From positions 39,248,001 through 39,312,000 of the forward strand of contig NC_086108.1 of assembly GCF_963921235.1 (NCBI RefSeq): a stretch of 64,000 nt of DNA, in the 5' to 3' direction. Shown one piece after another: positions 1 through 12,869 of this stretch; positions within the stretch are counted from its first letter, which is position 1; every line of letters starts with the position of its first letter. Below the pieces are notes generated by a model that saw only the letters and a program-made list of their open reading frames with translations, ran no database searches and was not told where the DNA came from. The stretch comes from Mobula hypostoma (lineage: Eukaryota). The translations under genes were made by a program, and so were the position numbers.

Positions 1-9
1 TGAACTAGA

Positions 10-770
10 CATAAACACAAAAGATTCCACAGATGCTGGAAACCTAAAGCAACACACAAAATTCTGGAGGAACTCAGCAGGTTAAGCAGCATCAAGGGAG
101 GGGAATAAACAGTCAGCGTTTCAGAGCAAGACCCCTCACCAGGACTGGAAAGAAAGAAAGAAGCCCGAACAAGAAAGCAGGGGAGGGGAAGGAGTACAAA
201 CTGGCAGGTGATTGGTGAAATAAAGTGAGGGGGAAGGTGACAAACACAAGAAAATCTGCAGATGCTGGAAATCCAAGGCAAAACACACAAAGTGCTGGAG
301 GAATTTAGCAGGTCAGGCAGCATCTATGGAAATTAATAAACAATCAAGGGCCAAGATCCTCCATCAGGACCAGAAAAAACTATGAGAAGTCAGAGCAAGA
401 AAGTGAGGGGAGGGGAGGAAAAAGCACAAGATGGCAGGTGATAGGGAAAGAGGGTGAAGTAAAGAGCTGGGAAGTTGATTGGTAAAAGAGATAAAGGACT
501 GGAGAAGGAGGAATCTGAAAGAAGAGAGTAGAAGGTCATGGAAGAAAGAGAAGGAGGAAGAACACCAAAGCAAGGTGATGGGGTGTGTAAGGAGATAGGA
601 GAGGGAAGAAACAGGAATAGGAATGGCAAAGGAGGGGGGAGGCAATTACTGGAGATTCGAAAAATTAATATTTATGCTATTAAGTTGGAGACTATCCAGA
701 ATACAAGGTGTTTCTCCTCCAACCTGAGTGTGGCCTCATCGCAACAGTAGAGGAGGCCATAGACTGACAG
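10..770 (-). mobile_element. Old Penelope-like element (PLE) 3' fragments, two tandem pieces (about 10-240 and 241-770)
   Basis: Same terminal motif as the younger PLE copies (acacaaaatgctggaggaactcagcagg..cagcatc), purine-rich linker, and a degenerate antisense GIY-YIG C-terminus (ctccaacctgagtgtggcctcatc). Confidence 0.8.
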
Positions 771-1099
771 GTATAGAACCTTTGGCATGCCAACTATCAT
801 TTATCTGTAAATGATTGGACCCTCAACCTTAAAATTCATAAGTAGGGGAACTTTGGACAATTGGACAAAAATCATTGTCCTTCGAGACAGATGGATGCCA
901 TCATCATTACATTCTTTCGAATCAACAGGACTGTTGACACACATGTGGACCACCGGGGTGAAACACTACAACAATAATTGAGGGGATTCTTGACCCAACC
1001 TGGCCCCTCCCTGCCCAGTAATGGAAAAACCCTATCCTGTGGTCCTTCCCCACTGAGGCCTTGTGGTGGATGCACCAAGATCCTATGTGCCCTTCAACA

Positions 1100-3200
1100 C
1101 ATACTTCTGCAAAGTTCAAAGTAAATTGGTTACCAAAGTACATGCAGTATATGTCACTACACTCAACGCTGAGATTCATTTACTTGCAGGCAATCATAGT
1201 AAATATAAGAAACACAATAGGATCAATGAAAGATGGCACCCAATAGAACAAACAAACAGCCAATGCATAAAAAACACAACTAACTATACAAACACAATAA
1301 GAAAGAGAAAGAAATAATAGTACATACATAATAAATAAGAAATAAATATCAAGATCATGTGGTGAAGAGTCCTTGAAACTGGGTGCATAGGTTGTGAGAA
1401 CAGTTCAGTGACAGGACAAATTAAGTTGAATGAAGTTATTCCCACTGGTTCAAGAGTAACTGTTCCTGAACCTGGTGGTGTGAGTCCTGATGCTCCTGTA
1501 CCTTCTTTCTGATGGAAGCAGCGAGAAGAGAACATGACCCATATGGTGAAGGTCCCTAATGATGGATGCTGCTTTCCTGTGACAGTGCTTGATGTAGATG
1601 TGTTCAGTGGTGCGGAGGGCATTACCCATGCTGGATTGGGCTGTATCCACTATGACTGTCAGCTTTTCCATTCAAGAACATGGTGTTTCCGTACCGGGCT
1701 GTGTTGCAACCTGTCACTCTCCACCCCACGTGTAAGAAAGTTTGTCGAAGTTTTAGTTGGCATGCAAAATCTTCACAAACTCCTAAGGAAGTAGAGGTGT
1801 TGCTGCAATTTCTTTGTAATGGCTCTTATGTGCTGGACCCAGGACAACTCCTCTGAAATGATAACACTGAGGAACTTAAATTGCTGATCCTCTCCGCCTC
1901 CGATTCCCAGTTGAGGACTGACTCATGGACTCTGGTTTCCTCCTCCTGAAGTCGATAATTATCTCCTTGGTCTTGCTGACATTGAGTGAGAGGTTGTTGT
2001 GGCACCACTTAGCCAGATTTTCAATCTTCCTCCTATATGCTGATTCACAATCAGGTTTATCATCACCAGCCTGTGTCGTGAAATTTGTTAACTTAGCAGC
2101 AGCAGTTCAATGCAATACATGATAATATAAAAAGAAAAATATTAATTCATTATTTAAGTACATTATAAGTCCATAAGACATAGGAGCAGAATTAGGCCAT
2201 TCAGCCCATCGAGTCTGCTCTGCCATTCCATCATGGCTGATCCCGGATCCCACTCAATATCATACATCTGCCTTCTCGCCATATCCTTTGATGCACTGGC
2301 CAATCAGGAAACTATCAATTTTCACTTTAAATATACTCACGAATGTGGCCTCCACTGCAGTCTATAGCAGAGCATTCCACAGATTTACTACTCTCTGGTG
2401 GAAAAAAAAAGTCCTCCTTACCTCTGTTACAAAAGATCGCCCCTCAATTTTGAGGCTGTGCCCTCTGATTCAGGATACCCCCATCATAGGAAATATCCTC
2501 TCCACATCCACCTTATCTAGTCCTTTCAACATTCAGTAGTTTTCAATGAGATCCCCCTGCATTCTTCTTAATTCCAGTGAGTACAGGCCCAGAGCTGACA
2601 AACGCTCCTCATATATACCCCTTTCATTCCTGGAAGAATCCTCATGAACCTCTCCTGGACTCTCTCCAAAGATAACACAAACTGTTGACAATACTCCAAG
2701 TGCAGCCTGACTAGTGTCTTGCAAAAACATAAGTAATAATTACTTTTTAAAAAGTGAGGTCGTGTTCATGGGCTCAATGTCCATTTAGGGATCGTATGGC
2801 AGAGGGCAAGAAGCTGTTCCTGAATCGCTGAATGTGTGCCGTCAGGCCTCTGTACCTCCTTCCTGACAGTAACAATGGGAAGAGAGCATGCCCTGCGTGA
2901 CGGCTGTCACCACGTTTGATTCGGACAATGACAGTGGTGTCATCAGCAAACATAAATGTAGCATTGGAGTTGTGCTTCCTCACAGTCACAAATATAAAGT
3001 GCATGAAGCATGGGGCCCAGCACAGAGCCTTGTGGTGCACCTGTGCTGGTGGTGATTATGAAAATGTTGTTGCCAATCTGTACTGATTAGGGTCTGCAAG
3101 TGAGAAAATTCAAAATCCAGTTGCACAAGGAATTATTGAGGCCTAGGTCTTGAAGCTTATTGATTACTTTTGAGGGAATGATAGCACTGAATAGAGTCTG
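1100..3200 (-). mobile_element. Rex1/Babar-type LINE fragment, interrupted at about 2049-2912 by a second Rex1-like 3' end
   Basis: Minus-strand motifs FADDTT and HVLFSLLPSERRYRSIRTHTTRFRNS. The second copy reads HAGHALFPLLLSGRRYRGL..RFRNSFLPSAIRSLN. Confidence 0.75.
2171..2728 (-). mobile_element. CR1 LINE 3' fragment
   Basis: YEERLSALGLYSLELRRMQGDLIE motif, CR1 3' tail (ccataagacataggagcagaattaggccattc), short ataagt duplication at the flanks. Confidence 0.85.
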
Positions 3201-3204
3201 GAAC

Positions 3205-4050
3205 TTTCCTCATAGATCAGAGAGTCCCATCACGCAGCCACTCATGATGTACAGTGACAAAGGCCCTTGCATCCTTCCCCACATCCTCTTCTCAAACTCA
3301 CAGTCCTCAGAGAGTTGAGTTACCATCTCACCTCCACTACAGTCATCCTGGAAGGATCTACCTGGAAAGGCCCTCTCACTGCCAACCAAGCATGGTCTTG
3401 GTGCCTACTGGTGAGATCTGGCGATGAAGCATTCTCCCCGATGGTGTGGACAGTTCGCCTAGGGAACTACCAGACTGCATCCATTGAGTCCTTAGCCTAT
3501 GGTGTCTGCAGGACATTCCACACTGACCGCTGCCTGATAGACTTGTGCTCAAAGATGCTCGTCCAGAAGAACTCTTCCATGAAGCACAGGTAGTGAAGCA
3601 ATGTCCAGCTGACTGGGACATTGTCCAGTAATGGGACCAAACCCATCCTTCGCAATAGTGGGGACTGATAGAACCTTGGCACGAAGCAGTACTTGATGCC
3701 CATGTACTTATGTTCCACACATAGCCTAATGCAGCCATTCATGGAGATGGTCATCAGAATGAGTGAGACATCGGGTATGTTTTTGCCCCGTTGTCCGGGG
3801 ATGTGCAATGTGACCCAGTTGACCTGCACCATCTTGGATCCCCAGATGAACCTGAAGATAGTTCGGGTGATTTCCGAGCCGGAGGTGTGGGGATGGGCCA
3901 CACCCAGGCCAAGTACAGCAGCTCTGAGAGCACCTCACATCTGATGACCAGGTTCTTCCCAGTTATCAAGCAGGAACATTCTCCCCACAGTTCCAATTTC
4001 TAATTTATCTTCCTAATCCGCTCTAGCCAATACTTGTTGCATGCCTTGGC
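3205..4050 (-). mobile_element. Tx1-clade (L1 group) LINE ORF2 fragment, degenerate
   Basis: Translated pieces FRFIWGSKM..GKNIPDVSLILMT and WQNASSPDLTSRHQDHAWLAVRG, typical of the Tx1 ORF2 C-terminal half. Confidence 0.7.
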
Positions 4051-4982
4051 CTCTCTCAGCATCTTCAGATTGTTATCCTTCAGCAAAATGGCCAACACCT
4101 ACGAAATTAACAACTGACCAAAATAGCTTTGATCTTTTTTTGGCTGACAACAATAACCAGGAATTTCCCCCCAAACTGGATAATAAGCACAACTGACTGT
4201 AAAATCTGCAACCACATGCCACCGCCCTATAAACTACAGAGTATTGAGCATAGAGCAAATGGCATTTCCATGAGCTCGATAAACTGATCTTAACAACAGA
4301 GTCAACATATCTCTGCACATCATTTACTCTAGTTGCAAATCTTATATTTATACCCTTCGTTTTGATTATACAAGATGGATTCAATCAAATAAGCTTTTTT
4401 ATATAATATAAAGCCTTAGTTTTTAGTTTTGATTTGCAATGTTCAACAGACAGATGACTTCAACACGTTCTTGTAATTCTAGGAAATGTAAATGCAAGTC
4501 ATTTCCTTTTCGTACAACTGCTCTTTTGAACTGATGAACTATAATACTAAGTCATACACAAATTTTATTTGAATCAGTGTAGATGATCGAACTATGTGCA
4601 TATTCGCCATGCACTGTCATGATAAAATCCCACCAGAAAATTTGTTTTATGCTACATTTTCCTCAATACTATTAGAATAATCAGACAAGTAGATTAATCG
4701 ATCAGATTGCACAATCATTTTGACCACGGCATGACATTTCATTAAGGATAGGTTAAATCCTTGTCTCTTTCTAGTCTCTCCAAATGTGAAATTCAAGGTT
4801 TAAAAATTGGGTGCACTTCAGATCAGTAAGAAACTTTTGACTCTCCCCCAGAGTTTTAACATTTGACTATATTTCTGACAATTTTATCACATTTCAAATT
4901 TCTTGCAACTGCTGCAAATATTCCGAGATAACAATTACTTTACTACTTTCAAATTCAAGTATCAAGTATTACTGTCTCTTGA

Positions 4983-5213
4983 GCAACACACATCAAAGTT
5001 GCTGGTGAACGCAACAGGCCAGGCGGCATCTCTAGGAAGAGGTACAGTTGACGTTTCTGGCCGAGACCATTCGTCAGGACGAAGGGTTTCGGCCTGAAAT
5101 GTCGACTGTACCTCTTCCTAGAGATGCTGCCTGGCCTGCTGCGTTCACCAGCAACTTTGACGTGTGTTGCTTGAATTTCCAGCATCTGCAGAATTCCTGT
5201 TGTTGTTCGTTGT
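4983..5213 (+). mobile_element. Mini fold-back PLE insertion (inverted terminal arms) with 14-bp TSD
   Basis: TSD ttactgtctcttga at 4969-4982 and 5214-5227. Arms about 4983-5080 and 5078-5170 are inverted copies; the 3' tail is on the right arm only. Confidence 0.9.
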
Positions 5214-5676
5214 TTACTGTCTCTTGATTCTGCTATAAAAATACAAGCATACTCACAATAAAGCAACTCGTACAGATGTCAAATGCCGAATCTGTAATTA
5301 AGCCGTGTACCTGATATATAGAAATATGTCACTTTATTTCAATGTAAACCATAAAGATATGTTTTGCTTGTTCATTATCTTCTGCAATGACAATGAGCTG
5401 AGAGAAGGAGGGTTTGCAATCCTAAGTGGTAATTGGTAAGATTTAATCTTGGTGAAATGCTTGAGACTACCATTTACCAACAACTTAAACTGCTATAGCA
5501 ATCCCAGTTCCTACCCTTTAATCTAACACGGAAAATCCCAAGGTTATGACAAGAGCTATATGAAGGCAACTTTCTTTTTTCCTTAATGGTTACATTATTT
5601 TTGTGACACCACTGAAGTCAGATTTCAAAACTGCCTTTTGTTAAGCATTTTCTGTCATTTACTGTAAACCACTCAT

Positions 5677-6010
5677 ATAGAACACAGAACATAGAACAGT
5701 ACAGGCCCTTAGGCCCACATTGCTGTGCCGACCCTCAAACCCTGCCTCCCTTATAACCCCCCACCTTAAATTCCTCCATATACCTGTCTAGTAGTCTCTT
5801 AAATTTCACTGGTGTATCTGCCTCCACCTCTGACTCAGGCAGTGCATTCCACGCACCAACCACTCTCTGAGTAAAAAACCTTCCTCTAATATCCCCCTTG
5901 AACTTCCCACCCCTTACTTTAAAGCCATGTCCTCTTGTATTGAGCAGTAGTGCCCTGGGGAAGAGGTGCTGGCTATCCACTCTATCTATTCCTCTTAATA
6001 TCTTGTATTA
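5677..6010 (-). mobile_element. CR1 LINE 3' end
   Basis: ORF TRGHGFKVRGGKFKGDIRGRFFTQRVVGAWNALP and (atagaac)n tail. Confidence 0.9.
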
Positions 6011-6706
6011 ATTTCTTAATTTGTTTCTAAAACCATTGCTATAGTGACTGATCCATATACTTGCTCTCACTCACAAATGAGTGTTCTGGCCCCTCTCATC
6101 TCCATTGTTGAAGGAAAGTTTTATGTTGTCCCAATCAAATTTTCGACATGTCTTGCTCTCTCCTTCACATCAATCAATACTTCATTTGTCTTCCCCTCTG
6201 CCTGTTCTACTGTCTTATCCACATGAAGTGAACCTAAAAGCACAGTAGCAACCTCGTGGGCCATTTCATGTGACCACTTTTTAAAATCCAAATTTGTTCC
6301 TTAAACATGAAAATCCCAAGTTTCTGATATTCAAGTGTCGTAGATTCCAATTTAAAATCCAATTTCATTGATTCTGTAACTTTCTTTCACGTTCATTGGG
6401 TTTTGCAGATCTCAGCTGCAGTTCCAATTACCTCAATCAGCAATTAAGCAGTTAACAAATTTCAAACATACTCTCTTGCAAGAACACGACAGCCGTTAAC
6501 CACGAAGCATCTTTTAAGTTCAGTTCTACGTGCAAAACAAACAGGCCAAGTCAGATGACTTCCTATTGCTTAGATATACCATTCTTCTCAGAAAGTGAAG
6601 AGGGTGCTACCACTGTGAGCACAGTAAATCGAAATATTAAATGGATCGAGACATATTAGGTCAGGTAACAGACATCTGTAAAGATGATTTGCAAAACGCT
6701 CTAAAC

Positions 6707-6786
6707 CAGGAGTTCCCAACCTTTTTTTTGCCATGGTGCCTTAACATTAACCGCAGAGTCAGTGGATCCCAAGATGGGAACCCCTG
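6707..6786. mobile_element. 80-bp hAT (Charlie-like) MITE
   Basis: TIRs caggagttcccaa / atgggaacccctg; degenerate 8-bp TSD ctctaaac / gtctaaat; related copy at 62122-62203. Confidence 0.8.
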
Positions 6787-6892
6787 GTCTAAATGAATTA
6801 CCTTAACTTTTCAAAGAACATCAAACGAACATTGCAAAAATCTGGTTGATTAAACCCCAATTACAAAGAAACAAATGAATGCAGACAAGCAA

Positions 6893-6985
6893 TACACACA
6901 TAATACTGGAGGAACTCAGCAGGCCAGGCAGCACCTATGGAAGAGAGTATGGTCGACGTTTCAGGCTGAAACCCTTCAGCAGGGT
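6893..6985 (-). mobile_element. PLE terminal fragment
   Basis: acacacataatactggaggaactcagcaggccaggcagc..gtcgacgtttcaggctgaaacccttcagcagg, with a degenerate hammerhead. Confidence 0.75.
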
Positions 6986-8859
6986 GAATGTAGGTGCTTT
7001 AAAACAAATACCTTTGTGTTATTAAATGCTCCTTTTTAAAAAAAATACTCCCATTTAGAGTCTCCAAAGCTGTCAAAAAAAAGTTTGGCAGAGTTTGCGT
7101 TTTCTCATTCAGAATGATTCCAAGAAGATAAACAGATGGATTCTTTTTTTGAGGAAGATCACAAAATCTCAGGTATCCCAACTATTGAAATGCCACTCAG
7201 TATCTGAGCTGGGGATCTTAAGAATAACCAATTATGGAGAAAACAATGGACAACTTTCCAAGGATGAAGGACTGCCCAAAGCATAGGCAAATCCTCGGGA
7301 GGCAAGATTATGAAAGGAGATTTGAAATTGCAATAATCTTAAAGTAACCAATTTCATAATCATCAATGGTGTGAATTCTCATAGCGCTTTAGGCAAGCAG
7401 ACGTAAATAGAACAAAAATATGATTATGATCTGTGAAAGTCTTAGAGAATTACAGTTAGTCAAGATCGGAGATAATGTCAAAATCTGATACCTATTTAAT
7501 TTGAAAAGCTAACATTAATTTCGAATACAGATTGATATCAATAAAAAAACCCAAATTTATCCTTCAGAGGCCAATTCCAAATTTAACCAAAGAGGACAAA
7601 GGGTGAAAATTGAATTTAAAACACCTTAGCAGTAAAAACAATTTATTTCATTCACACCCCTCTGAAGCAGTGGGTGATCACAGTAATCAAAACATCACTG
7701 GAGAGGAGCCTGCCAGTCCCCAGGGTTTGGAAAGTAAGTAACCTTCAACAAGCAGACAGCAGTATCACAGATGTTGTGCTTTGATAAGTCTATGACAAGC
7801 TCCAAGGAAGCAGACTGACTGAAAATCAATGTTTTGACATTCTTCTGATGCCTGTCTGTGAAAGTCTATACTGAAGCCTGAAAAGACAGAAAGTTTTTGG
7901 CGGTCAAATGGGTTGTCAGCATTAAGTATCACTAAAGTCTAACAATTAATTTGCCTCTTGCCACTAAACTCAAATAATAACATACATATATGTTTCTTCC
8001 CTGTGGTGTGAATCACAAGTTACAATTATTTATAAGCTGGTGTACAGCCAAAAATGGCACACGTTTCCTCTTGACAGCAAATGTTAACCAGCGGTGTCAT
8101 ATTAGCAACTACAGTTTCCACATATTTGTATCAAGTGTCAAATACCATTTTCACATGACCACATGTCCAAACAGGCATGCAATGAGTTTATTCCACCCTC
8201 TTTCAAAAAAAGCTTGTTAATTTCAGAAAGTAGTAAATCTTCAAGTTAAATTCTATCTCACAATCTTTTAATAAAACTGAAGTTGCATCTCACTAGGACA
8301 TTTTAAGTTAAGGAATGTTACCAAATTTGCACCTTTCACTTTTGCTATGCCAGTCCAATTTTGAGGTGAAAATTATCCTCAGTGGCAGTATATGTCTTAT
8401 GTATAAAGGGTCTGAACAGTTTTAGCCAAAATTTCTCTCAAAGCCACAGGATAACCAGCATGGAAAAGTGGAAATTCGCAACTTTTCCCAATATCGAACC
8501 TGAAAAATGGTAAAATTAGAATAACTTAACTCTGAAGATATTGATCATGTATGCATGAAGTAGAAAATAACCTTCTATTTATTGATCACAGCATAACTCA
8601 CTCTGATGAACATTAAATGTACTAAATTAAGATTTTTAGATCAGAGGTCATCTGTGCTCTGATACCCAGCAATAAAGGGGGCGGGGAGACATTCTGAAAG
8701 AAAAATCACAGTTAACTTTATTTTAAAGGACCTTGCACATCACTTTCGTGAGCAAAACTTTTCTACTTGACTATTTTTTGTCTTGTAATATCCTAAATGA
8801 TAGACATAATAATATTTCCTCTTTACTGACAATCAACATGGACACACCTCAAGAACTTC

Positions 8860-9735
8860 TGCTTTGCACGCTGCTTTACTCAGCACTCATGACTGTGTAG
8901 CACAGCTCAAACAGTGTTTATTAAGTTTGCTGCTGACATTATTGCAGGCACAATCTCAAGTAGCGAAGGGGAGGCACACAGGAATGAGATCGATCAGCTG
9001 GGTGAGTGGAGTCGCAACAACAACCTTGCACTTATTGTCAGCAAGGCTGAGAAACTGATTGTGGACTCTAGGAAGGGGCAGTCGGAAGAAAACACACCAG
9101 TCCTTACTGAGGGGTTAGCAACGGAGAGGGTGAGCAGCTTCAAGTTCCTGGGTGCCAGCATCTCAGAGGGCATACCTAGGGCCCAACAAATTGACGCAAT
9201 CACAAAGAGGCATGCCATCAGCAGTACTTCATGATGAGCTCTGTCATAGCACCGAAGACACTAATAAATTTCTACAGATGTATCGTGGAAAGTAATCTGA
9301 CTGGATGCATCACCACTTGGTAGGAAGGCTCCAACGTGCAGGATCGAAAGGATCTGCAGAGGGTTTTATCCTCAGCCAGCTCCGCACACACAGGCACTAG
9401 CTTCCTCAGTGTCCAAGGACTTCTTCAAAGCCAGTGCCTCAAAAAGGCTGCATCCTTCATTTAGAACCCTCATCATCCGGGACATTCCTACCATCCAGGA
9501 GGAGGTGCAGGAGCCTGAATCTGCACAGTTAACATTTCAGGAACAGCTTTGTCCCTCCACCATCAGATTTCTGAGCAGCCCATGAACCTATGAACACTAC
9601 CTCACTATTTCTTGTTTGCACTATTTAGTTATTTGATTTCTTATTTTAATTTATAAGTCTTGCACTGTATTACTGCCACAAATCAAAAAGTCCCACAGCA
9701 TAGCATATTTCAGTGATAATAAACTTGATTCTGTT
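8860..9735 (+). mobile_element. Rex1/Babar LINE 3' fragment
   Basis: KFAAD..EWSRNNNLALIVSKAEKLIVDSR..FKFLG motifs; 3' tail ending aataaacttgattctg. Confidence 0.8.
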
Positions 9736-9779
9736 TCAAAACTGCTTTGTTAGTGTTCCCTATGGAAGGTTTTGTGGAG

Positions 9780-11960
9780 ACACTATTGGTGGTAGTTTTC
9801 GAGTACCTTGAAAGGCCTCGTCGACAAACTTAGCACTCATCCCTAGGATACGCAGGCTATCCAGGGAACCTCAAAGATCCTGTAATTATGTTCACCTTCA
9901 AACAAAAAAAGGAGGCAAGCCCAACTGTGCTAAGTGTCGCAGGGTTTTCCTGCTCTCCACCACAGGAAAAGTCAACACCAGTGCTGTTCTCAACAATCTT
10001 CTCCCAGCAGCCAAAGAGGCATGAATCACTGTGTAGTTTCTGTCCATCCAGAAACACAAAGGACATAATCTTCAAAGCTTGACATCTCTTAAGAAAAAGG
10101 CAGGGAATAGCACCAGCCACTCTGCATAGCTGATCTCAACCTGACTAAAGCCTTTGACCCCATCAGTCAGGAGAGACTGGGAGCATTCCTCTCAAACACA
10201 CACAGCCTTTAACACTGTACTACGGATCTTGGACTTCCTCACTAATTGCACCCAGACAGTGAAACTAGGCAAATGCACATCAATACCCCTCTCATCCTGA
10301 GCACCCGTGCCCCGCAGGGGTGTGTACTGAGCTCACTTCTCTACTCTCTTATCACCTATGAATGCACGCCTGCTCATGCTACAAACTCAATCATCAAATC
10401 TGCAGATGATACAACTGCGATTGGCCTTATCAGAAACAATAACAAATAGCGAGGAGCTGCTGAATCTGTCTGATTGGTGCAGGAACCACAACTTATAATT
10501 CAATATCAAGAAGATGAAAGAAATGATAACTGACTTCAGGAAGGCAAGAGATCCCAAACAAGCCCCACTATTCATAAATGGTGAGGTTGTGGTAGTTTCA
10601 AGTTTCTGGGGATGAGCATCACCGAGGCGTTCTCTTGGTCCCTCAATACAACCTCAACAGTAGGGAAGGCACAATACATACTATACATTATATACACTAT
10701 ATAGTATAGTGTACTACCTGAGGTGCTTAAGGAGAGCTAATCTGCCTCGAAAGTTACTGGCCAACTTTTAGTGATGTGTAATAGAAAGCATACTGACATA
10801 CAGAATGATATTTTCGTACTCTAGATAGATAGATATACTTTATTAATCCCGAAGGAAATTTGGTTTTGTTACAGCCGCACCAACTCGTAACATAATTAAA
10901 GACCTATCCCATCCTTAACACTGCCTGTTCAAAATCCTGCCATCTGGTAGGAGATACAGAAACACCTTAGCCAAGACAGTAATACTGAAAACAGCTTCTT
11001 CCTGAGGGCTATTGTGCAGCTGAATAATTCTATACCCTGGCTTGATACTGGCTTTGACTGTTATGAACAATCAAAGCCATCTGTTGCATGCAAAAATTGA
11101 ATTTTTATATTTATGTTTAAATTAAGCAATTCCACATGCATTGTAAGTATCTGTTTTGCACGGACTGGAGAAGCATCTCAAACTCATTATCTTGAGCAAT
11201 GACAATAAAGTTCTATTCTGTTCTATGTTTGGCACCAGTCTTCATTCACGGTAAAGTCCAGTGTCATAGTAGGGTATGTCACAGCCTAAATAGTGTCCCA
11301 ATGTTTCTTGCTGCAATGTTGAATTTTACCTTCAATTAATTTGCCTCATAAATGCAGTTCACCTTCACAACCAATGGGAAGATTTTCAACCTACAGCAAC
11401 TACACTCCAAAGGCAAGTTTTCACAAACCATTGTGGATGAGCTGCAGAACTTAAATGATGCTTGTGTGTGCACACACACGCACACACACTAGGAGACCAA
11501 GCTCCAAGAGTGCCAATACTTCCACTGAAGTATACAAGAGGACTGGCCTTACACTCAACAGCTCGAAGGATATAGCCCTCTACCAACTCTGCCCCTGCTA
11601 AACTACTGGAAAGGAAGCTCACAATGAAATCCTGAAAAACATGAACCATTCCCAACTTCTCAGCAGGCACTTCTCAGCAAAGGTAAACGTAGATGATGCA
11701 ATTCACCTCTGTCCTTAATGCACCAGCACAGCCTTAGTTGATTGAGAAAAAGGGCATTTAAAGATCAAGTCTTCAACTATGGCACAAAATGCTAACTGTC
11801 TAATGGACAGCAACGATCAGAGATTACTAAGCTTCTGAGACCTGGATTGCTGACAGCAGAACATCAATGCTCCAGAAAAATACCAGTAAAGCACAATGCA
11901 AAAACCTGGGGATAAAGGATCATGTATAAAAGGCTCAAGGTTTTCCCCCCTGCCCCCCCA
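9780..11960 (+). mobile_element. Old RTE-clade LINE, interrupted by a Rex1-like element
   Basis: Degenerate ESLCSFCPSRNTKDIIF (compare ESQCGFRPxRxTxDMIF) and LTKAFD motifs. After the interruption it resumes with GKIFNLQQLHSK..VDELQ. Confidence 0.6.
10195..11225 (+). mobile_element. Rex1/Babar LINE fragment
   Basis: APQGCVLSSLLYSL..IIKSADDTT RT motifs, an ILPSGRRYR segment, and tail aataaagttctattctgttctat. Confidence 0.8.
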
Positions 11961-12204
11961 GCAACACACTATTGTTTTAAGGAAAGCATGCAACTTACAA
12001 TTAATCCCCATTAGCTCTGGTGCAGAATTTCCGGGACAATCACTGTTGCATTTGTAAATTGACAATTCATTAAAAATAATTCATTTTGTTCATGTTCTGG
12101 AAATTTTAAGAAATTTCACGACCAAGAAAAATGTGTTTGTTCCTCTCTGTGCCTTGTGGAGTAACGGGAGATAACCTTGCCATTTCTTTAGCATTTGTCC
12201 GATT

Positions 12205-12345
12205 TTATTCTTAAGAAGGCCAAGTTGCTAGGTCAATGCTCAACCCAGCAAGAATGGAAAGCGTGCAAGGAGCTGGCCAGATTTGAAGCAGGGACCATTC
12301 GCCTTGAAGTCCAGTGCAAATGCCACTGCACCAGTGTCCGGCTTA
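12205..12345 (-). mobile_element. tRNA-derived SINE fragment (same family as 19975-20186)
   Basis: Shares gctcaacccagca..gaaagcgtgcaagg and a tRNA-like head with the 20 kb copy. Confidence 0.65.
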
Positions 12346-12869
12346 CCAAGAAAAATATTCAAGAGGAATACTCCTAACAGTCTGACACTTGAATGTTTCT
12401 GCTCTGTGTTTGGCTGTCATTTTGAATATCGCTTAATAACTTATATTAAAAAGTATTTGAAAAGTTGTCTTTAAAACTGAAGTCAATAAGATCAGATATT
12501 AGAATTACAAGATGAAAGTTAGCAGCTCACGGAGGACACATCCAACAAAACTCTAAATACTCATGATTCTTTACTCTTGGTTTATTTCTTTAACTTACAT
12601 AAAAATATGAAAACGGAAGCAAAAATGCAGGTTAATAAAATATATTTAAGTATGAATTTTAATGTTGGCCACATCAAAATAAAATTGGAAATAACTGCAA
12701 ACTTTAAGCACGTGTTCATAATCAGCCAAACATGTAAGCTTACCAAAGTATAACTCTGGAAAAATAAAATATTCTCAGAAAATAGGTAAGTATCAAAAAT
12801 CCAAGACCAAGGAAAGCTACAATCATTTGGGCAGCTCCAGGAAAAGCATAAATACTTAACCACGGGAAG

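Noticed and set aside
4983..5213. DNA-transposon MITE
   Set aside because: The arms are PLE termini, the ends are asymmetric, and the 14-bp TSD matches the larger PLE insertions.
10676..10718. Small palindrome tacactata-tag-tatagtgta in a Rex1 fragment
   Set aside because: Short AT-rich local duplication/inversion; likely a repair scar.
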